A stretch of 58,568 bases of DNA from an uncultured Gammaproteobacteria bacterium (GTDB lineage: Bacteria > Pseudomonadota > Gammaproteobacteria > UBA6002). Both the position numbers and the translations under genes were made by a program. The DNA lies in NCBI GenBank assembly GCA_963705725.1, contig CAVPKM010000011.1, forward strand, positions 1-58,568. Reading direction: 5' to 3'. Below are positions 47,801 to 58,561 of the stretch, piece after piece (within the stretch, counting starts at the first letter, position 1; every line of letters begins with the position of its first letter). Below the pieces are notes generated by a model. It was not told where the DNA came from. It did no database searches and saw only the letters and a program-made list of their open reading frames with translations.

Positions 47801-48946
47801 CGTCGGATCAACGCGCAAAGTATCAGAAATGTACGGACCACGATCCAAATCATTGGTAAATAATGTTTCGAAACTTTTTACGCCTGCTTTATGAAATGAA
47901 TTTAGCGTTTCATTTGTGATTTCATCATTAGCATTAGCAATAATGTCTCCGGACCCTTCATCGATAACTGGACTTGCGATTATTTTTCCTATCAAATATT
48001 CTCTTGGAACTACAAGCTGCTCAACCCCTGCATTTTCTAATAAGCGCACATGACGCATAGAAATACGTCTACCTTGCTCAACGATTACCTTGCCTTTTTT
48101 ATCAGTAATATCATTTAACGCAATTTCACCTCTAATTCTTTCTGGAATTAAATGTAAAACATATTCTTCTTCTTTAATTTGGAAGGTATTGGTTTCAAAA
48201 AAGATGTCGAGAATTTCTTCTGAAGTGCAGCCTAACGCACGTAATATAATTGTGACAGGAAGCTTCCGCCTTCTGTCTATTCGAGCAAATATACAGTCTT
48301 TTGGGTCAAATTCAAAATCGAGCCATGAGCCACGATAGGGGATAACTCGAGCGGAATAAAGCAATTTGCCAGATGAATGTGTCTTACCTTTATCATGTTC
48401 AAAAAAGACACCCGGTGATCGATGTAGCTGAGAAACCACTACCCTTTCGGTTCCATTAATGATGAAACTTCCGGTATCCGTCATTAACGGAATTTCACCC
48501 ATGTAAACCTCTTGCTCTTTGATATCACGAACAATCGGAGTGGTTGCTTCTTTATCAAAAACAACTAATCGAACCTTTGCCCGAAGTGGGGCAGCATAAG
48601 TTTGACCTCGCTGTTTACATTCTTTTTCATCAAAAGGTGGCACACCTAACGTATAGCTATCGTAATCTAAACGTGCATGACCAGAATAACTGACGATAGG
48701 GAATACTGCATTAAATGCTGAATGCAATCCAATATCTTGTCTTTTTTCTAGGGGAACATCTTTTTGAAGAAAGTCCTTATAGGATCCTAATTGAGTTGCC
48801 AGTAAGTCTAATTCATGAGTATCTAAGAATGCTTCTTCTAATCGACTGGGCTCTTTTCCAAAATTTTTGCGAATACGTTTCTTTTCAGTAAGTGAGTAGG
48901 AGGTGCTTGATTTATCAGAATTTGTTTCTTGATGATTACTTGGCAT
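44807..48946 (-). CDS. rpoB: RNA polymerase beta subunit
   Basis: [29 protein letters not shown]. Confidence 0.99.
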   Translation of the reverse strand: MPSNHQETNSDKSSTSYSLTEKKRIRKNFGKEPSRLEEAFLDTHELDLLATQLGSYKDFLQKDVPLEKRQDIGLHSAFNAVFPIVSYSGHARLDYDSYTLGVPPFDEKECKQRGQTYAAPLRAKVRLVVFDKEATTPIVRDIKEQEVYMGEIPLMTDTGSFIINGTERVVVSQLHRSPGVFFEHDKGKTHSSGKLLYSARVIPYRGSWLDFEFDPKDCIFARIDRRRKLPVTIILRALGCTSEEILDIFFETNTFQIKEEEYVLHLIPERIRGEIALNDITDKKGKVIVEQGRRISMRHVRLLENAGVEQLVVPREYLIGKIIASPVIDEGSGDIIANANDEITNETLNSFHKAGVKSFETLFTNDLDRGPYISDTLRVDPTVNQLEALVEIYRMMRPGEPPTKEAAENLFENLFFVSERYDLSAVGRMKFNRRVGRQNLTGPGVLSKEDIIAVIKVLVDIRDGRGEVDDIDHLGNRRVRRVGEMAENQFRVGLVRVERAVKDRFSLADVEGLMPQDFINAKPVSAAIKEFFGSSQLSQFMDQNNPLSEITHKRRVSALGPGGLTRERAGFEVRDVHPTHYGRVCPIETPEGPNIGLINSLAMFARTNEYGFLESPYRKVINTRITDDFEYLSAIEEGDFYIAQANTRLDNNKMIIDELVSCRYKGEFTLATPDKIDYMDVSPRQIVSVAASLIPFLEHDDANRALMGSNMQRQAVPTLRPEKPLVGTGVERLVASDSGATVVSKRGGIVDSVDASRIVVRVREEDNPSNDVGVDIYNLTKFTRSNQNTCINQRPLVEVGDVVEKGDVLADGPSTDIGELALGQNLLVAFMPWNGYNFEDSILISERVAEEDRFTTIHIQELTCVARDTKLGPEEISADIPNVGEGALSKLDEAGIVYIGAEVDTSDILVGKVTPKGETQLTPEEKLLRAIFGEKASDVKDSSLRVPPGVNGTVIDVQVFTREGVKKDPRALEIEKLELSKIKKDLNDELRIQEESLYKRVELLLIDKIADRGPNKLNTGTKITKEYLQTVAKEKWFDISLKDDEINARIEHACGQLKELRQEYAEKLEIKRNKLMQGDDLAPGVIKIVKVYLAVKRRIQPGDKMAGRHGNKGVISSILPIEDMPYLEDGTPVDIVLNPLGVPSRMNVGQVLETHLGWAAKGLGIKLGEMIEAKQKVEKLRGLLDQIYNSDDSQTVDLDSFTDDEIYRLSQNMRAGVPLATPVFDGATEDEIKQMLKLADLPETGQTYLIDGRTGESFDRPVTVGYMYMLKLNHLVDDKMHARSTGSYSLVTQQPLGGKAQFGGQRFGEMEVWALEAYGASYTLQEMLTVKSDDVAGRTRIYKNIVDNDHRMEASMPESFNVLMKEIRSLGIDFTLEHD

Positions 48947-49051
48947 GCGTGTTCCTCATTATGTAAGCTTAGCCTCGGTGTAGAGTACTGCATTCAGATT
49001 ATTTTAGTTGTGAGCAGTTTTCAGGGAGTTTTTTGTTCCAAACAGATTGAA

Positions 49052-49075
49052 AGGGGAGAAGTTACCTTCTCCCCT
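49052..49075 (-). terminator. rplL-rpoB attenuator/terminator hairpin
   Basis: AGGGGAGAAG-4 nt-CTTCTCCCCT 10-bp stem just after rplL. Confidence 0.65.
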
Positions 49076-49100
49076 AGCAATTCCTAACCGCTGTTTTACA

Positions 49101-49478
49101 CTATTTGATTTCGACAGACGCACCTGCTTCTTCGAGCTTTTTCTTAATATCGTCAGCTTCAGCCTTAGCAATTCCTTCTTTAATTGTAGAAGGCACGCCT
49201 TCTACCATATCTTTTGCTTCTTTTAAACCAAGGCCAGTAAGTGCACGGATGACCTTGATCACCTCAATTTTGTTAGCACCAAATCCAGTCAGAATAATAG
49301 TGAATTCTGTTTTTTCCTCTGCTGGTGCTTCAGCTCCTCCTGCTACCATTGGTGCTGCCATTACCGCAGCGGCTGCAGAAACACCAAATTTTTCTTCCAT
49401 AGATTTAACAAGCTCGGTTACATCCATGACGCTCATTTCAGAAATTGCATTTAATATATCTTCTTTAGAAACAGGCAT
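49101..49478 (-). CDS. rplL: 50S ribosomal protein L7/L12
   Basis: [18 protein letters not shown]. Confidence 0.98.
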   Translation of the reverse strand: MPVSKEDILNAISEMSVMDVTELVKSMEEKFGVSAAAAVMAAPMVAGGAEAPAEEKTEFTIILTGFGANKIEVIKVIRALTGLGLKEAKDMVEGVPSTIKEGIAKAEADDIKKKLEEAGASVEIK

Positions 49479-49576
49479 TGATTGACTCCTAATTTAATAT
49501 TACAGGACATCGCCATAAGCGAATGAATCACCTTGAGAAACACCATCAAGCAGCTGGTGTACTCAATTGAAAAAAA

Positions 49577-50104
49577 CTAAGCAGCCTGTTTTTTATCACG
49601 AACTGCCGCCACAGTGCGCACAAGCATGGCATAAGGCTCTGCCAGTGTGCGTACCAACTTGGTAATTGGAGCTTGCATAACAGACATTAACATGGAGATA
49701 GCCTGATCTCTTGTAGGTAATTGCGCTACTGCTTCAAGCTGTTTTGCTGGCAGCAACTTACCTCCTAATGCTATGCCTTTCACATCAAATTTATCATTTT
49801 TTTTGATAAAATCTCGGACTATGCGAGCAGCTGCACCAGGATCTTCCATTGAAAACATTAACACTACTGGTCCAACTAAGATATCTTGTAAACAAGAAAA
49901 TTCCGTTTTTTCCAATGCTCGCAACGCCAATGTGTTAGGAACAACTTGCATATGCACATTATTTTGACGCGCGTTAGCTCTTAATGTATTCATTTCATTC
50001 ACACTAAGACCACGATTATGCGCCGCAAGAGCCGACAAAGACTGCGATGCTACATCAGAAACTTTTGCAACAATCGCTTTTTTATCATTTAAATTTAATG
50101 CCAC
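49577..50104 (-). CDS. rplJ: 50S ribosomal protein L10
   Basis: GTG start (MALNLNDKK) after GGAGG; NTL and LPTR motifs. Confidence 0.97.
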   Translation of the reverse strand: MALNLNDKKAIVAKVSDVASQSLSALAAHNRGLSVNEMNTLRANARQNNVHMQVVPNTLALRALEKTEFSCLQDILVGPVVLMFSMEDPGAAARIVRDFIKKNDKFDVKGIALGGKLLPAKQLEAVAQLPTRDQAISMLMSVMQAPITKLVRTLAEPYAMLVRTVAAVRDKKQAA

Positions 50105-50162
50105 TTTTAACCTCCAATACCTTTGTGGTGACCATTCAGGCATAACCCTGAAATAGGTAACA

Positions 50163-50220
50163 CCGTCTGCGCAGGAATTATTAAGTGTAGTTTTAACAAC
50201 ACTCCTGCGGTCTTCGACGA
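50163..50220 (-). promoter_or_regulatory. L10 leader (rplJ autoregulatory RNA)
   Basis: GAAGACCGCAGG...CCTGCGCAGACG kink-turn-like stem in the rplA-rplJ spacer. Confidence 0.75.
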
Positions 50221-50265
50221 TCAGATATTACATAATAATATCCATCGTGAATCTGTCTGAAAGCA

Positions 50266-50958
50266 CTACACCTGTAAGCTTGAAATATCTACTAGTAGAC
50301 CCGGTCCCATCGTTGTTGAGATCGTTATTTTTTTCAAATACATTCCTTTCGAAGTGCTTGGCTTTAATCTTTTTAAATCAATAATCAATGCTTCTAGGTT
50401 TTCTTTCAATGCTTTGGAATCGAAATTCTTTTTACCAATTGTGCAATGGATAATACCAGCTTTATCGGTACGATAACGAACCTGACCTCCTTTTGCATTT
50501 TTAACAGCCGCTGCCACATCTGTAGCAACAGTTCCAACCTTGGGGTTAGGCATCAGGCCTTTTGGTCCCAATATCTGTCCTAATTTCCCAACCAAAGGCA
50601 TTGCAGCAGGCGTTGCAATCAGCACATCAAAATCAATTTCGCCACTTTTAATGGATTCAGCAAGGTCTTCATAACCAACTTTGTCTGCTCCAGCTTTTTG
50701 CGCAAGCTCAGCATTCTCCCCTTCAGCGAAAACAGCGACCTTAACTTCACGACCCGTTCCGTTTGGTAACACACTCGCACCACGTACAACTTGCTCAGGT
50801 TTGCGAGGATCTACACCAAGGTTAACTGCAACATCAACACTTTCTTGAGTTTTTTTGAAATTGGCACCCGGAAGTTCCTGCAATAGTTGAAATGCATCTT
50901 CAATAGGGTAGACTTTTCCAGGAATTAATTTTTCTCTCGCCTCTCGTCTTACAGACAT
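50266..50958 (-). CDS. rplA: 50S ribosomal protein L1
   Basis: [27 protein letters not shown]. Confidence 0.98.
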   Translation of the reverse strand: MSVRREAREKLIPGKVYPIEDAFQLLQELPGANFKKTQESVDVAVNLGVDPRKPEQVVRGASVLPNGTGREVKVAVFAEGENAELAQKAGADKVGYEDLAESIKSGEIDFDVLIATPAAMPLVGKLGQILGPKGLMPNPKVGTVATDVAAAVKNAKGGQVRYRTDKAGIIHCTIGKKNFDSKALKENLEALIIDLKRLKPSTSKGMYLKKITISTTMGPGLLVDISSLQV

Positions 50959-50959
50959 C

Positions 50960-51391
50960 TTATTCCTCCTCTACTTCAATTCCAGCACTTCGTGCAGTAC
51001 CTGCAATAGTGCGCACAGCAGCAGCCATATCCGCAGCCGTGAGATCAGCCATTTTTGTTCTAGCAATTTCTTCTAAATGTGCACGCGTCGCTTTCCCTAC
51101 TTTGTTTGTATTGGGATTTGCGCTTCCTTTATCTAATCCTAATGTTTTCTTTAACAATACTGAGGCAGGCGGGCTTTTTGTAATAAAGGTAAAGGATCGA
51201 TCAGCATAGACACTGATGACGACAGGTAATATTAAGCCTTTCTCAACATTTTGCGTCTGCGCATTGAATTGTTTACAGAAGTCCATGATGTTAACACCAT
51301 GCTGACCTAAGGCTGGCCCTACTGGTGGACTGGGTTTGGCATCACCTGCAGGAATTTGCAGCTTGATTTGCGCCGTCATTTTCTTTGCCAT
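50960..51391 (-). CDS. rplK: 50S ribosomal protein L11
   Basis: [11 protein letters not shown]. Confidence 0.98.
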   Translation of the reverse strand: MAKKMTAQIKLQIPAGDAKPSPPVGPALGQHGVNIMDFCKQFNAQTQNVEKGLILPVVISVYADRSFTFITKSPPASVLLKKTLGLDKGSANPNTNKVGKATRAHLEEIARTKMADLTAADMAAAVRTIAGTARSAGIEVEEE

Positions 51392-51404
51392 CAATTACTC
51401 CTCT

Positions 51405-51428
51405 GGGTATTGCGCCTTTCGGCTCCCC
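51405..51428 (-). promoter_or_regulatory. L1-binding site in the rplK leader
   Basis: GGGGAGCCGAAAGGCGCAATACCC directly upstream of the rplK RBS. Confidence 0.7.
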
Positions 51429-51464
51429 TGTTATTACCACAGCTCTCAATTATCATGGAACTGC

Positions 51465-52016
51465 TTAACTTTTTTCTACCTGACTGAACTCCAGCTCAAC
51501 AGGTGTTGAACGTCCAAATATTAAAACGGAAACTCTTAACCGGCTTTTTTCATAATTCACATCCTCAACCACGCCATTAAAATCTGCAAACGGTCCTTCT
51601 ATTACACGCACTACCTCTCCGGGCTCAAATAGAGTTTTTGGCTTTGGTTTATCCACCCCTTCTTTTACACGCATTAAGATTTTATCTGCTTCTTCATTCG
51701 TTATAGCAGCCGGTTTATCCCCTCCAACAAATCCTAATACATAGCGGTTAGCAACATTGATGCTTTTAACTAAATGCCAAGTTATATCCGTCATATTCAT
51801 CATGACCAAAACATATCCTGGAAAGAACTTCCTTTCACTGGTTTTTCTCTGTCCGCCCTTCATTTCGACGACTTCTTCAGTTGGAACAACTATCTCTCCG
51901 AATTGTTCCTCCATTTTTTCTACTCGAATGCGCTCGCGTAATAAATTAACAACCCGATTCTCAAAGCCAGAACGAACCTGAAGAATATACCATCGTTTTG
52001 TATCTTCCACTGTCAT
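51465..52016 (-). CDS. nusG: Transcription factor NusG
   Basis: [13 protein letters not shown] motif, FGRSTPVEL; start MTVED after GAGG. Confidence 0.97.
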   Translation of the reverse strand: MTVEDTKRWYILQVRSGFENRVVNLLRERIRVEKMEEQFGEIVVPTEEVVEMKGGQRKTSERKFFPGYVLVMMNMTDITWHLVKSINVANRYVLGFVGGDKPAAITNEEADKILMRVKEGVDKPKPKTLFEPGEVVRVIEGPFADFNGVVEDVNYEKSRLRVSVLIFGRSTPVELEFSQVEKS

Positions 52017-52033
52017 CCTATCCTCTTCTATCT

Positions 52034-52402
52034 TTAACCCGTGAACCATTTTACTATCCAAAATAGGGCCGTATCTATTAGCCATAGCGCCAAAGCCATG
52101 ACAATTACCATAATTACTACGCCTATCGTAAATTGCATGGTCTCCTGACGCGAGGGCCAGTCTACTTTCTGCAATTCCATTCTAGCGTCCTTGGAAAAAG
52201 CTAAAAGCTTTCTCCCTTTAAGGGTTTGCATGACAATTGCTAATATGGCTATTACCAAGATAATCCAGCCAGCCAATCGTAGTGGCCAGGCAATAGCATG
52301 GTAATAATAATTAGCGACGATACCTGCAAGTGTTAAGGTAATTACTGTTATCCACTTTGTAACATCACTTGCACTATTTTGAGCGCCAAGCTTTGAATTC
52401 AT
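52034..52402 (-). CDS. secE: Preprotein translocase SecE
   Basis: Three hydrophobic segments; [13 protein letters not shown]. Confidence 0.95.
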   Translation of the reverse strand: MNSKLGAQNSASDVTKWITVITLTLAGIVANYYYHAIAWPLRLAGWIILVIAILAIVMQTLKGRKLLAFSKDARMELQKVDWPSRQETMQFTIGVVIMVIVMALALWLIDTALFWIVKWFTG

Positions 52403-52560
52403 CTGCACTCTCTTAATTACTTGCCTCAAACTATACCCTTTGTGAATGAATTTTATGTTGTCGCAAGTGCCGTTCCTCCCGGTCATGTATTCTGTTCATA
52501 CACTTCCTCAACGCCTCCTATTGCGCCCCACCTAAAACCCATTCACAAAAAGGGCATATC

Positions 52561-52636
52561 TGGCAGGCCAGGAGGGTCTCGAACCCCCAACCTGCGGTTT
52601 TGGAGACCGCCGCTCTGCCAATTGAGCTACTGGCCT
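52561..52636 (-). tRNA. tRNA-Trp(CCA)
   Basis: 76-nt cloverleaf, anticodon CCA, GTTCGA T-loop, encoded CCA end. Confidence 0.97.
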
Positions 52637-52761
52637 TTACAATACACCTATGAAAATGAACCCGCTAGTTTACACCAATTTTTAAAAATTTCAAACCACA
52701 TCTTTCTTGATCATTGCAAATCTTTTTTTTCATGGGCTATCCCCTCTCAAAACGGATAAAT

Positions 52762-52839
<78 letters not shown>

Positions 52840-52889
52840 ATATTTTAAGCACCATTCACGAAGGGTATACTCGGCACAGGATTGAAATA

Positions 52890-52963
<74 letters not shown>

Positions 52964-52998
52964 AAGTACCCAGAAACTTATCTTGGCTCAGTAATTTG

Positions 52999-53080
52999 TG
53001 GAGGGGGTAGGATTCGAACCTACGAAGGCTGAGCCGTCAGATTTACAGTCTGATCCCTTTGGCCGCTCGGGAACCCCTCC
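52999..53080 (-). tRNA. tRNA-Tyr(GTA)
   Basis: Long variable arm, anticodon GTA; discriminator A followed by CAA rather than CCA. Confidence 0.96.
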
Positions 53081-53099
53081 AAGAAAAATCAAGCTGACT

Positions 53100-53128
53100 A
53101 TTGTGAGACAGTAAAAGTTTATTGTCAA
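53100..53128 (-). promoter_or_regulatory. tRNA-operon promoter
   Basis: TTGACA-17 nt-CACAAT; the -35 box overlaps the PPTase stop codon. Confidence 0.6.
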
Positions 53129-53841
53129 CTCCCAGCCAACAGATGTCCATTTTCAATTAGCCAACAACCTATCTGGCTAGGCTGGCTATGGGTAGCCAGC
53201 ATTGCAGTGTATTGACGATTTAAAAAAATGGGCTTAAAGTTGCAATCCGCTTTTTCAATATGCAGATTGTGTGATTTGAAATATTTAAGCTCCTTAAATA
53301 GATTACTCCCCCTCACCTTAGTGTAAGCTTCTTTCTTAACCCAAATATTATAAAATTTATCAATTTTTTCTTTTTCTTTTGCATGCAAAATTTCATTTGC
53401 CTCACAACTGGCAAAAAATCGCAAACTTATTTCATGAACATCACTTAAAGCTTTTTGATATTGCAAATCTATGCCAACCTCATCTTGATAGAAAGCAAAT
53501 AAGACCAGGTCTTGCGAATGAGTCACATTAAAATTGATTGCATTCTCAACAAATGGCTTACCATTTTGATTGTATTGTATAAGAATTTCTTTCGGTGACT
53601 CACCTAGATAACCACCCAATGCTTCTCTTAATAACCCCCTCGCTACGACAAACTTTTCGCAAACTGCCTTTACCCTACTGGCCTTTACGCGCTGAACTTC
53701 TTCTTTCGATAAAAACGACATGAAATTATCAAAACGAATTACACATTGCGTTAAATCAGCAAGCCACAAATGCACCTCTTGCTTGCCAAGCTTAGGAAAA
53801 TGAAAAGTTCTTTGCCAATGGGAGGTATCTTTTACATGCAT
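53125..53841 (-). CDS. Sfp-type 4'-phosphopantetheinyl transferase
   Basis: NGKP, FNVTHS, VGIDLQ and WVKKEAYTK motifs. Confidence 0.9.
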   Translation of the reverse strand: MHVKDTSHWQRTFHFPKLGKQEVHLWLADLTQCVIRFDNFMSFLSKEEVQRVKASRVKAVCEKFVVARGLLREALGGYLGESPKEILIQYNQNGKPFVENAINFNVTHSQDLVLFAFYQDEVGIDLQYQKALSDVHEISLRFFASCEANEILHAKEKEKIDKFYNIWVKKEAYTKVRGSNLFKELKYFKSHNLHIEKADCNFKPIFLNRQYTAMLATHSQPSQIGCWLIENGHLLAGS

Positions 53842-54195
53842 TTACTTATCTATATCGGCTAAAAAATCAATATTTTTAACAAACTCGCTGGCAAACACCC
53901 GCCCAATTAACTCAGACTTTGTTCGACAAGCCAGCTTTACTTTCATGTTTTTCACATAAAATTCAATTGTGCGCGGGGACAAACTCAGAACAGCAGCTAC
54001 AGCACTGATTGTTTTACCTTTTAACAATTGAATCATGACTTCTGCCTCACGATTTGTAAAATAAATGTTTGGATGATTTGCCCCAAGATAAATTTTTTGC
54101 AACTTCTTACATTTAGGCGCTTCTGGCAGTTCGGCATTAAGACTATCTTCCTCCTTTTTGTTCAATACTTCTCGTAAAAGCGCCTCCCAATGCAT
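53842..54195 (-). CDS. LuxR-type helix-turn-helix regulator (no receiver domain)
   Basis: FTNREAEV...GKT...LSLSPRTIEFYVKNMKVKL; GGGAG RBS favours ATG at 54195. Confidence 0.88.
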   Translation of the reverse strand: MHWEALLREVLNKKEEDSLNAELPEAPKCKKLQKIYLGANHPNIYFTNREAEVMIQLLKGKTISAVAAVLSLSPRTIEFYVKNMKVKLACRTKSELIGRVFASEFVKNIDFLADIDK

Positions 54196-54229
54196 TGACA
54201 AAACTCCCTGTACTCTTAGCTTTTTTTAT

Positions 54230-54258
54230 ACTTTATTGCATGGAAAATTATGTGTCAA
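54230..54258 (-). promoter_or_regulatory. Promoter for the LuxR-PPTase operon
   Basis: TTGACA-17 nt-TAAAGT. Confidence 0.6.
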
Positions 54259-54356
54259 CACATAGAAAAATACAGTATCCTACCCAAAAATAAAATAGTT
54301 GAGCAGAAAGGAACAAGGTAACTAGTTATAATGCAGATATAACAAATAAATTAGCT

Positions 54357-54992
54357 ATGATGAAAAATACTAAACTCGCCCTTACACTCAAAACCCTTTT
54401 GCGTAAACAGAAAATAAGCGAATCAGAGCTAGCAAGGCGAACAGGCATCTGTCAGCCGGTTATTCATCGTATGGCTTCAGGTGAAACGGATAATCCAAAG
54501 GTTGATACTTTAAGACCCATTGCCAAATTCTTTGACATTTCGCTTGAGCAGCTGATTGGTGACCGCCCTATTATCGAACAAAGCCTCTTTCAAGTAGAGC
54601 AAGAATGGTACAATGTTCCCCTCATCACTTTAAACGAAGCAATTAATTGGACCATTGAAAAAAGTCCGCCATCATCAATATTTATCCAAACTGATATTAA
54701 AACGAGCAAAAATGGTTACGCCATACGGCTAAAAGATTCTACCATGTACCCTATGTTTCCTGACGGCACATTATTAATTATTGATCCAGACCAAGTCGCT
54801 TATCATCGTGATTTTGTAATCGCCCACGTTCACGATCACGCTCAAGCCATATTCAAGCAACTACTTATTGACGGCGATGACCGCTATCTAAAATCGGTCA
54901 ATCGAGATTATCCCGCACTTAAAATGCGACCTGATGATCATCTTCTAGGAGTAATGCTACAAGCGAGAATTGACTTTAAAAAAAACCAATAG
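54357..54992 (+). CDS. XRE-family HTH plus S24 peptidase-like repressor
   Basis: ISESELARRTG...NPKVDTL HTH; DSTMYPMF and IFKQL S24-like motifs. Confidence 0.88.
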   Translation: MMKNTKLALTLKTLLRKQKISESELARRTGICQPVIHRMASGETDNPKVDTLRPIAKFFDISLEQLIGDRPIIEQSLFQVEQEWYNVPLITLNEAINWTIEKSPPSSIFIQTDIKTSKNGYAIRLKDSTMYPMFPDGTLLIIDPDQVAYHRDFVIAHVHDHAQAIFKQLLIDGDDRYLKSVNRDYPALKMRPDDHLLGVMLQARIDFKKNQ

Positions 54993-55025
54993 CTATCAGC
55001 ATATTAACGCGAGATAGTGACAAAA

Positions 55026-55715
55026 TCAGTGGTTATTCAGCACCGCCTTCACAAAAGGAACCGTTAATTTATGACGCGCTCGCAAGGAAGCACGGTCTAA
55101 TTTCTCAAACAAATCAAACAAATCACTCATATTTCTAGGATAATGATTCAACAAATATTGTCCAACATCTCGACTTAGCATGAATCCTCTATTTTGCGCC
55201 CTTTGTTGCATTGCTTCTATTTTTTGATCATCTGATAAAGATTTTAAGCAATAAGTAATACCTGAGGCCAGTCGGGAAACCAAATCAACTAGGGAGAAAG
55301 GAGCTTGCATCGGCAATTTTTCACTGGCAAAAAATAACCGCGATCGATTCATAACTGAACGATTAAAAAAATGGAAAAGGGCTTCTTCCCAATATTGATC
55401 TCCTGCTATCGCTTCGAGGTTATCAATACAAATGAGTGAAAAATCATCTAAATTTTCTAAAACAATAGGAGACAATCCCATCTCAATCGGAAGATAGAAA
55501 GAAGAAATATTATGCGTGCATGCATGTTGGCAACTTGCTTGAAGAAGATGACTTTTCCCAAATCCTCTACCCCCTGCTAAAAAAATGCAAATGGGATCGA
55601 CAGTCAACACATTGCGCTTCAAGGTAGTCACTACCTCTTCATTATCACCTAAAAAAAAATTATCAAAAGTCGCCTCATCCTGTAAGCGGATGCTCAAGGC
55701 AAGCTGATTTATCAT
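55026..55715 (-). CDS. hda: DnaA regulatory inactivator Hda
   Basis: QLAL clamp motif, TFDNF, GKSHLLQA, LFHFFN, DLVSRL, LTVPFVK. Confidence 0.93.
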   Translation of the reverse strand: MINQLALSIRLQDEATFDNFFLGDNEEVVTTLKRNVLTVDPICIFLAGGRGFGKSHLLQASCQHACTHNISSFYLPIEMGLSPIVLENLDDFSLICIDNLEAIAGDQYWEEALFHFFNRSVMNRSRLFFASEKLPMQAPFSLVDLVSRLASGITYCLKSLSDDQKIEAMQQRAQNRGFMLSRDVGQYLLNHYPRNMSDLFDLFEKLDRASLRARHKLTVPFVKAVLNNH

Positions 55716-55782
55716 GGTATTTTCATCTCAACTTAGACCAATTTTTAATTTGCACGCTTTGCGAATGAATTTACGGTTCTGA

Positions 55783-55811
55783 TTGAGAAAAATTTCAGGA
55801 ATAGCCATACT
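55783..55811 (+). promoter_or_regulatory. Putative purMN promoter
   Basis: TTGAGA-17 nt-CATACT. Confidence 0.5.
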
Positions 55812-55932
55812 ACACTCTATCGTCGTCACTATTCAGCACGGTAGTTAAAGTGGCAAAAACGTAAGGCGGCCAAACACAGGACATTTCAATCCTGTACTGA
55901 ATGGTTCTACCGTTTCACAAGAGTATATCAAC

Positions 55933-56958
55933 ATGAACCTTACTTATAAAGATGCAGGTGTAGACATAGACACCGGAAATAAACTTATTGAAAAAATTAA
56001 ACCCTTAGCGGCGAAAACTCATCGGCCAGGTTTGCTCGGAGGAATCGGAGGATTTGGCGCTTTATTTGAAATCCCGCAAGGCAAGTATGCCAATCCAGTG
56101 CTCGTCACTTCAACTGATGGTGTTGGCACTAAATTAAAATTAGCGATAGATTTAAATCAGCATGAAACCATTGGCATCGACCTTGTTGCAATGTGTGCAA
56201 ACGATATCATTGTTCAAGGCGCCGAACCTTTATTTTTTTTAGATTATTTTGCTACAGGAAAGCTCGACCTAAGTAAAGGTGAAAAAATTATTTCTGGCAT
56301 TGCAAAAGGATGCGAAATTGCAAATATCGCCTTGATAGGCGGAGAAACCGCTGAAATGCCTGATATGTATCAAGACGAAGATTATGACTTAGCTGGCTTT
56401 GTTGTTGGAGTAGTAGAAAAAGAAAAAATTATCACAGGAAAGCAGGTTAAACCCAATGATTTACTTATTGCATTACCCTCATCTGGACTTCATTCCAACG
56501 GTTTTTCATTAGTACGTAAAATTTTAGCCCTGAATCAATTAAATTTAGCGCTGCCATTCGAAAATACTAGCCTTGGCGCGACACTATTAACCCCTACGAA
56601 AATTTATGTGAAAACAATTGTCAGCCTTTTGAAGGAAATTTCAATTAAAGCTATTGCTCATATAACAGGCGGAGGAATAATAGAAAATATCCCTCGCGTT
56701 TTACCCGATGGAACAAGTGCAATTATAGATACCAGCAGCTGGCAACTACCTAGCATTTTTCATTTCTTACAACAACAAGGTAATATTAAAAACGAGGAAA
56801 TGTTTAGAACTTTTAATTGCGGAATAGGCTTGGTGATCTGCATTGATCCAAAAGATAAACAGACTGTCATTAACTTACTTGAAGCAAATAATGAACGGCC
56901 GTGGGTTATTGGCTCTATTCAAGCTGCTTATGGCAAACCAAAAGTGGTACTGAGTTGA
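55933..56958 (+). CDS. purM: Phosphoribosylformylglycinamidine cyclo-ligase
   Basis: [34 protein letters not shown]. Confidence 0.98.
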   Translation: MNLTYKDAGVDIDTGNKLIEKIKPLAAKTHRPGLLGGIGGFGALFEIPQGKYANPVLVTSTDGVGTKLKLAIDLNQHETIGIDLVAMCANDIIVQGAEPLFFLDYFATGKLDLSKGEKIISGIAKGCEIANIALIGGETAEMPDMYQDEDYDLAGFVVGVVEKEKIITGKQVKPNDLLIALPSSGLHSNGFSLVRKILALNQLNLALPFENTSLGATLLTPTKIYVKTIVSLLKEISIKAIAHITGGGIIENIPRVLPDGTSAIIDTSSWQLPSIFHFLQQQGNIKNEEMFRTFNCGIGLVICIDPKDKQTVINLLEANNERPWVIGSIQAAYGKPKVVLS

Positions 56959-57614
56959 CATATCCAGCACCCCTTCAATTAGTTGTATTCATATCGGGAA
57001 ATGGCTCAAATCTTCAAGCTATTATCGAAGCTATTCAAACCAAACAGCTCGATGCAAAGATTATTGCTGTTATTAGCGACAATGACGCGGCCTACGGATT
57101 AACTCGCGCCACTTCAAATCATATCCCTACTTACGTTATTTCAAGAAACCAATATTCAGACAAAACAACCTACGAAGCCGCCTTGATTCAAGTATTACAA
57201 CAATTACAACCTGACCTAGTCGCACTAGCTGGCTATATGCGCATTCTCAGTCCAAATTTACTGAATAAATTCGATTATCGCTTTATCAATATCCACCCCT
57301 CTCTGCTACCTAATTATCCCGGCTTGAATACTCATCAAAAAGTGCTTGATAATGCCGATTCTGAACATGGTTGCAGTATTCATCTCGTCACCGCAAATGT
57401 GGATGAGGGCCCAATTATTGCGCAGGTTTCGTTCAAAATAGCGCCAGGAGAAATGTTAGAATCCTTGCAACAACGAGTACATAAGGCAGAACATTTTCTC
57501 TATCCTACTATTTTAAATTGGTTTGCCCACAATCGCATCTTGATAAAAGAAAGTACTGTTTATTTTGACCAGGTTCCTCTACCTGCATCAGGATTTAAAA
57601 TATCCACTCAATAG
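56955..57614 (+). CDS. purN: Phosphoribosylglycinamide formyltransferase
   Basis: [31 protein letters not shown]; TTG start overlaps the purM stop. Confidence 0.96.
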   Translation: MTYPAPLQLVVFISGNGSNLQAIIEAIQTKQLDAKIIAVISDNDAAYGLTRATSNHIPTYVISRNQYSDKTTYEAALIQVLQQLQPDLVALAGYMRILSPNLLNKFDYRFINIHPSLLPNYPGLNTHQKVLDNADSEHGCSIHLVTANVDEGPIIAQVSFKIAPGEMLESLQQRVHKAEHFLYPTILNWFAHNRILIKESTVYFDQVPLPASGFKISTQ

Positions 57615-57726
57615 AGTTCACATTTTAAAGTGAAATAAGTATAGTAACTATTCAGCACAAAATATGAACAAAAAGGAGCAGCATTAACCATTGCAAATAA
57701 TATGTGATGCTTAAACTGAATGACTT

Positions 57727-58017
57727 ATGGTTAAATCTGAATTAATTAATCTTATCGCCGCTAAACTAAAATCCTTACCGCTCAAAGACGTCGAAATTGG
57801 AATTAACCAAATATTAAATTATATCAGCACTAAGCTTTGCAACGGCGACAGAATAGAGATACGCAATTTTGGTAGCTTTAGCTTACACTATCGAGGCACT
57901 AGAAATGCACACAATCCAAAAACCCGAAAAAAAGTTGCAGTTATTCCTAAACACACACCTCACTTCAAGCCAGGCAAAGAATTAAAACAAAGGGTAAATG
58001 TGTTCGAAAATAGCTAG
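57727..58017 (+). CDS. ihfB: Integration host factor beta subunit
   Basis: MVKSELI, RIEIRNFGSF, HNPKT, PHFKPGKELK. Confidence 0.9.
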   Translation: MVKSELINLIAAKLKSLPLKDVEIGINQILNYISTKLCNGDRIEIRNFGSFSLHYRGTRNAHNPKTRKKVAVIPKHTPHFKPGKELKQRVNVFENS

Positions 58018-58063
58018 GCAGCAGATATCAATACTGTTTCAATCAAGCGATACTTGACCGCCT

Positions 58064-58561
58064 TCACCTAACTTCAAGCAAGCCGTTTATAATTGCAAGC
58101 AAGGTCAATTCTACTTCGTTTTTGACTTCTAGTTTGTTAAATATACTATTACGATACGTGCTAATTGTTTTAGAGCTAAGGAAAAGTTTTTCTGCGATTT
58201 CTTTTGGGCTAAGGCCTCTGACAATCATCAAAACAACTTGCAATTCCCTGCCAGAAAGTCTTTTGAAAGGAGTACATTTATCGACAACAACATTAGCTGT
58301 AGCTAAAAAATTAGCGATGTCCGCACTAACAAAGCGCTCACCATTTTTGATTGCTTTAAGCGCATTGCCCATTTCATCAGGAGTGGTATTCATCGATAAA
58401 CAAGCATGGACACCGCTTTTCAGCAAATAAGAAAGGATCACTTCATTCATATGGTCGGTTAATACTAAAATCTTGAGCGATTTAATTTTTCTGATTAATT
58501 TTTGAATGCCATCTAATAAAGATACTTCAAATTTATTTAAACTGATAATGACAATATCAAG
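58064..58561 (-). CDS. NarL/GacA(LetA)-like response regulator, partial or disrupted
   Basis: LSGRELQV...IAEKLFLSSKTISTYR LuxR HTH; receiver-like frame open up to an in-frame TAA at 58562-58564. Confidence 0.75.
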   Translation of the reverse strand, partial: LDIVIISLNKFEVSLLDGIQKLIRKIKSLKILVLTDHMNEVILSYLLKSGVHACLSMNTTPDEMGNALKAIKNGERFVSADIANFLATANVVVDKCTPFKRLSGRELQVVLMIVRGLSPKEIAEKLFLSSKTISTYRNSIFNKLEVKNEVELTLLAIINGLLEVR

